From IMG/VR virus record IMGVR_UViG_3300014208_000001, positions 229,318 to 293,317 of that record: a DNA stretch of 64,000 nt; one strand, written 5' to 3'. Made by a program: the position numbers and the translations under genes. The notes beneath the pieces were generated by a model that saw nothing but the letters and a program-made list of their open reading frames with translations, made no database searches and was not told the DNA's origin. This stretch comes from a virus (Duplodnaviria > Heunggongvirae > Uroviricota > Caudoviricetes). Shown one piece after another: positions 59,572 through 64,000 of the stretch. The number at the start of each line of letters is the position of its first letter. Position 1 is the first letter of the stretch.

Positions 59572-60810
59572 TTATTTCTTTGAATCTATTATGTCGTCTC
59601 GCAATCTATAATGCCCTGATTTTACCATATTATAATATGTGGCCCCATAACGTGATTGTAGTAACATTTTTTCTGCTTCAGGCCATCTATCTTTAATAAT
59701 ATATCTAACATAAATTATTGCTGCTTGAGCATCTGTCATAATGTAAGGTTCTGCTTCAGGCCATCTATCTTCAATTATTAATGATGCATATAATGATGCA
59801 TAATATGGATTAGTTTTAATCGCTTCTTCACCTAATGGGAATCTACTATGCAAAACATGTTTAGCATAATCATATGATTCATACGCATCTTTCATGATAT
59901 AAGGTTCTGCTTCTGGCCATTCACTATGAAGTATAGTTTTACAATATAATACTGCAGCAGCAGGGTCTTTCATTATCACTGGTTCTGCTTCTAGCCACCT
60001 ACCTTTAATGACTTTCATAGCATATAATACAGAAATATTTGCATCTAATTTAATATACTTTTCAAAATTAGGAATTCTATCTAATAATATATTAGATGCA
60101 TAATTGAGTATGTTTAATAATTCTTCTTCATCATAGAAATCTGGCTTATTAATATCAATGTTTACTGATGGTGGTATTATTAAATCTTTGAAATAAGTAT
60201 TAACATATACAGTAATCATATCATCATTAACATTCATTACTTGTTCATAATCAGGGGTATATTGAATTATTGGTTTATTGCCATCCCAAATTTGCCCAAT
60301 CCACCCATAATCATTTATATACTCATCAGCCATACAATCATCGCCGTACGACCCTCTAGTACACCACTTAGTCCCCTCACCTAATTGCTTCAAAGAATCA
60401 ACATTATCAATTTTAAAACTTCTATAATTACCACGCTGTTTATATAATTCAACTCCAGGTAATTTAGTGGGATCTAGAATATCAGATCCGCCCTTTCTCT
60501 TACTGGTTGATCCTATTAATGGTTCAATTGCATTTTCTAAATCATTTAATGTTTTATAACTGAGTAAGTCCTTATTTGGTAATCTTGATTTAACGTTATG
60601 AAAGTTAGTTAGAGTTTCTTTTATTCTTGGTCCGTCTTCTGGGAGTCTAATGTTGTTTTTAGCCCATTGTCTGATGACGAATTGACTATATTTTGGATTA
60701 ACTGAATATTTGTTTATTATTTCTCGTATTTCATCTGGTGATATATGGTCTCTAGTTGATATGGTGTTTATTAGGTCTTCTACTGTTTCTAGTAATGTTG
60801 ATAATTTCAT
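59572..60810 (-). CDS. Paralog B with C-terminal YA..II..RWPEAE repeats
   Basis: Highly similar to paralog A (LKQLGEGTKWCTRGSY, GWIGQIWDGNKPIIQYTPDY). Confidence 0.7.
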   Translation of the reverse strand: MKLSTLLETVEDLINTISTRDHISPDEIREIINKYSVNPKYSQFVIRQWAKNNIRLPEDGPRIKETLTNFHNVKSRLPNKDLLSYKTLNDLENAIEPLIGSTSKRKGGSDILDPTKLPGVELYKQRGNYRSFKIDNVDSLKQLGEGTKWCTRGSYGDDCMADEYINDYGWIGQIWDGNKPIIQYTPDYEQVMNVNDDMITVYVNTYFKDLIIPPSVNIDINKPDFYDEEELLNILNYASNILLDRIPNFEKYIKLDANISVLYAMKVIKGRWLEAEPVIMKDPAAAVLYCKTILHSEWPEAEPYIMKDAYESYDYAKHVLHSRFPLGEEAIKTNPYYASLYASLIIEDRWPEAEPYIMTDAQAAIIYVRYIIKDRWPEAEKMLLQSRYGATYYNMVKSGHYRLRDDIIDSKK

Positions 60811-60913
60811 AAAATAATTTTGCTGTGTTGGCTGATCACCTTTACGTGGTTATATCTTCTGCAACAATCGATCGTATTTTAAACATGATATCAAAGATGA
60901 AAAGGTAAGAACT

Positions 60914-61507
60914 TTGAAAACGACAATCGTATCAGATAAAACTAAAACTATTATTAATAGGACTCTAAAATTAAAAGTTGGTAAATTTATTGTAACTGAG
61001 TCATATACAAATTCTAAATTGATTTCTCAAGAATGGTCAATAGATGGCGGGTTTGGTAAAACTCATAGATCAGCATATAATAGCAAAGATTTATACTTTC
61101 AATATTACGAAAATATTGATTTTTTAATTAGCGATATATGTTCTAATACAATGCGTTTTTATAATACGTTACCTGAGTATTCATTGGTTAAAGATTGGAA
61201 TGAATTTAAGGGTTTTAATCATGTGTTGTCTATTAATGTAGGTATAGATGGAAATATATATAGGATTGATAAGTCAACGCCGATTGAAATATGGAGGTTT
61301 AAAGATTCTATAAGTAGTTTCACTAATAAGAAATATAATTTATTAGATGTTAAAAAAGATTTAGAAAGTAAGAAGTGGATTCGTAATGTGCGAATTGTCA
61401 ATATTCCATATTATAATTGCCAAGATGATGAAACAGAAGCTATTGAATTTGAATATAAAGCATCAAGCAGCAAAGCGTTAGAGAAATTAGGATTAACTAT
61501 AGTATGA
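60914..61507 (+). CDS. Hypothetical protein
   Basis: 197 aa, TTG start. Confidence 0.5.
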   Translation: MKTTIVSDKTKTIINRTLKLKVGKFIVTESYTNSKLISQEWSIDGGFGKTHRSAYNSKDLYFQYYENIDFLISDICSNTMRFYNTLPEYSLVKDWNEFKGFNHVLSINVGIDGNIYRIDKSTPIEIWRFKDSISSFTNKKYNLLDVKKDLESKKWIRNVRIVNIPYYNCQDDETEAIEFEYKASSSKALEKLGLTIV

Positions 61508-62040
61508 TCAAACGCATCAATATTTTTGGCGGTGCTGGGGTTGGAAAGAGTACATTAACAGCTAAATTGTTTTCAGAGTTGAAAAGAGACAAGTATAACA
61601 TAGAACATGTTACTGAATATATTAAAAATTGGGTATATGAATCAAGAATCCCACAATCATGGGACCAATTATATATTCTTGGCCAACAATTGCATCGTGA
61701 AGATCTAATAATTAGGCAAGGCCCATCAATTATCACAGATAGTCCATTATTAATGCAAGCTGCTTATTCTCAATTTAATGGATTTCCTGCTACTAAGCAA
61801 TTAATAGAAATTGTGGATGAATTTGAAAAGCATTACAATTCCATTAATTTTTTCATACATAGAAAATATGCATATGTCGATACTGGACGTTTTCATTCTG
61901 AAGAGACAGCTATATTAATAGAAAATAACATTATAGAATTGTTAACTAACCGCACTGGTTCTATGATTGTATATTTAGAAAGTTTATGTGATGATGAAAT
62001 ATTAAATATAATTAAACAACACATAATATCGGAGCAATAA
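61504..62040 (+). CDS. P-loop NTPase (NadR/Ttd14 AAA_28-like kinase)
   Basis: INIFGGAGVGKST, EY.K.W, ITDSPLL. Confidence 0.75.
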   Translation: MIKRINIFGGAGVGKSTLTAKLFSELKRDKYNIEHVTEYIKNWVYESRIPQSWDQLYILGQQLHREDLIIRQGPSIITDSPLLMQAAYSQFNGFPATKQLIEIVDEFEKHYNSINFFIHRKYAYVDTGRFHSEETAILIENNIIELLTNRTGSMIVYLESLCDDEILNIIKQHIISEQ

Positions 62041-62294
62041 TGGTTATAATCAATCAATTATTAGAGATGTTGTGTAAAATTGCTTTTTTAATAATCTGTT
62101 ATAAATTATATAATATTAAGCAATCTCATATTGGGACCACAGCACTTCAACAGCATCAGATACCAAATATTCCAAAAAGCGATACTTTGAAACCTCAAAA
62201 GCAACAGTGCGTTGAAGAGTTGGCCCCTGAGATGATAGCTCCATATCTTTCAAATCCTCCGAGACCAAGTGGGGGATTTGGGCGGTCGCTATGA
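62040..62294 (+). CDS. Small membrane-anchored protein
   Basis: N-terminal hydrophobic helix, polar Pro-rich tail. Confidence 0.5.
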   Translation: MVIINQLLEMLCKIAFLIICYKLYNIKQSHIGTTALQQHQIPNIPKSDTLKPQKQQCVEELAPEMIAPYLSNPPRPSGGFGRSL

Positions 62295-63604
62295 CTGATC
62301 TGCCGTCATGCATTGTTATTTTAGAGAAAAATGGTAAAAAATATACTAAATATGTGAAACACCCACGTATTACTGATTTAGAAACACCCAAAAAACCAAT
62401 ATTTGATACTGTTATATCACAAGGCACATTAGCTACAACAGTTAAAGTAAATAATAATCACAAGATAACGACAATAGCACGAATTGGCGATTTTGTACTA
62501 GAAGGACCAATCATGACGACTATTGGATTAGATGTTGGAACAAAGACAATTGTATTAGCTTATAAGCATAAAGATGAATCAGTAGGTATTATATATGAAA
62601 TTAATGGTTATTGGTTATTTGAAAGACCATCAACATTTATAGAAAATATGTTAAATGATCCGACTAAAAAGCGATCAGATGGTACGGCACGCCCAGCAAG
62701 ATGGATTAAGCTACCAAGCACAGACCAAATTTGCGTTCTAGGACAAGACGGTGAAGAATTCGCTTATGCGAATAATGGAACATTATTAAGACCAATGGCG
62801 GAAGGTGGTATAACGCCTGATGAAGAGTCTATGACTGTATTATCAAGTATAGTGCATGGATTGCTAGAAACTGCAGAAAAAGATCTAGGATCATTTGATA
62901 AAACTATTAATATTTGTTATTGTACCACAGCACCTGCTGTTAATAAAGAGTCTAATATTGATTATCATAAAAAAGTTTTGGATCTCATAATTACAAATTA
63001 TAAGACTAAATCGAAAATATCGCTTAATAATGTCAGAGAGTCACATGCTATCGTTATTAATGATAGTCCAGATGGAACTGGTATCGGTATATCATGGGGT
63101 GCTGGAACTGTCACAGTATCATATGTAAAATATGGTGTTGAGATTTTCTCATTTTGCTGGGTTGGTAGTGGCGACTGGATCGACACACAAGTTGCGATGA
63201 GACATGGATATGATACTAATGCTTCGTTAGTTAGAAAGAAGACAGCTAGAGAAACTCCAACGACAGTTTGTAAGAGAAAGCATGATATTGATTTAACATT
63301 GAGTAAAGAACCACAGGATAGAGTTGGGTTTGATATTGTTTTACATTATGGAGTATTGATGGATCAGGTTATTAATGGTATCATACACGGATTTAACGAA
63401 CATGCGGTTGATGCAAGAATTGAAGAGGGAATCAACGTTTACATGGCTGGTGGTACGTGCTCACCAAATGGATTCGTTGAGAGATTTGATAGTTGCTTTA
63501 GAACCAAGGATTTACCTTTTGTCCTAGGAACTATAGCAAAATCAGAGTCGCCATTATTTAGTGTTGCACGTGGCTGCTTAAAAGCCGCAGAAATGAACAT
63601 TTAG
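62291..63604 (+). CDS. Actin-like ATPase (MreB/MamK/ParM superfamily)
   Basis: Phosphate-1 IGLDVGTKT, RPM..G, ESHA, phosphate-2 GISWGAGTV, GDWID, adenosine YMAGG, VARG; alternative start 62513. Confidence 0.8.
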   Translation: MTDLPSCIVILEKNGKKYTKYVKHPRITDLETPKKPIFDTVISQGTLATTVKVNNNHKITTIARIGDFVLEGPIMTTIGLDVGTKTIVLAYKHKDESVGIIYEINGYWLFERPSTFIENMLNDPTKKRSDGTARPARWIKLPSTDQICVLGQDGEEFAYANNGTLLRPMAEGGITPDEESMTVLSSIVHGLLETAEKDLGSFDKTINICYCTTAPAVNKESNIDYHKKVLDLIITNYKTKSKISLNNVRESHAIVINDSPDGTGIGISWGAGTVTVSYVKYGVEIFSFCWVGSGDWIDTQVAMRHGYDTNASLVRKKTARETPTTVCKRKHDIDLTLSKEPQDRVGFDIVLHYGVLMDQVINGIIHGFNEHAVDARIEEGINVYMAGGTCSPNGFVERFDSCFRTKDLPFVLGTIAKSESPLFSVARGCLKAAEMNI

Positions 63605-63614
63605 GAGAGTATGA

Positions 63615-63806
63615 ATGCTTATCAATGTTAAATATACTGTTGATATACCGGATGAGCATTTTAAAACTATTATAAAATCTGCAGAAGAGTTAGGATATGA
63701 TTTTGATGATGCTGGCAAAATCACGACAGTACGCAGAATGCTAATTAGAGAAGGTATTGATAAAGTGGAAGAGTGTGTTCAAGGTGTTACACTTAAATAT
63801 GAATGA
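63615..63806 (+). CDS. Small ribbon-helix-helix-like protein
   Basis: Beta strand VKYTVDIPDE, helix HFKTIIKSAEELG, helix VRRMLIREGID; AGGAG RBS. Confidence 0.45.
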   Translation: MLINVKYTVDIPDEHFKTIIKSAEELGYDFDDAGKITTVRRMLIREGIDKVEECVQGVTLKYE

Positions 63807-64000
63807 ACCAATAGCCGACTTTTATGATCCTATTGAATGGCCATGGTCAGAAGATGAGTATATAGTTCGCAAAATAATTCAAGAACTAGTTGAATCAATG
63901 AATAATGAATGATTCTGAATATATAATATATGTTATAGCCAATATGTTAAATTATTCGTTAGTATATTCATCAGATTCTATAAATAAGATATTTATTGTA

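Noticed and set aside
1-64000. Stop-codon reassignment, tRNA genes, DGR
   Set aside because: Conserved genes translate intact with the standard code; no tRNA cloverleaf or reverse transcriptase was seen

Overview
A 64 kb segment of an AT-rich (roughly 30% GC by eye) large or jumbo myovirus-like phage genome with T4-like modules. Left: virion genes (tail sheath N-terminus, gp13/gp14/gp15-like neck and tail-completion proteins), interrupted by a ~2 kb GC-rich island that supplies two whole genes and the N-terminus of a third. Next: a glycosylation cluster (gmd plus about four glycosyltransferase-like genes), then a replication/recombination operon (Holliday junction resolvase, 5'-3' exonuclease, gp32-like SSB, UvsY-like, short divergent family A polymerase, GroES, gp41/DnaB helicase, bacterial-type RecA with a mini-intein). 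The main find is a translationally coupled operon encoding a PurZ-type 2-amino-adenylosuccinate synthetase with an NDT/DNPH1-like N-glycosidase, a DeoC-like TIM barrel and a xylose-isomerase-like TIM barrel, with no DatZ, MazZ or canonical DpoZ visible in the window. Further right: two divergent sigma-like genes (one fused to an RNAP alpha-CTD-like domain), gp46/gp47, DinG, two endonuclease-Mom fusions, a ~1.1 kb GC-richer, hairpin-dense, apparently non-coding region at a strand-bias inversion (candidate large ncRNA and/or origin), and an actin-like ATPase followed by a ribbon-helix-helix-like protein. All calls come from motif recognition by eye; no searches or folding programs were run.
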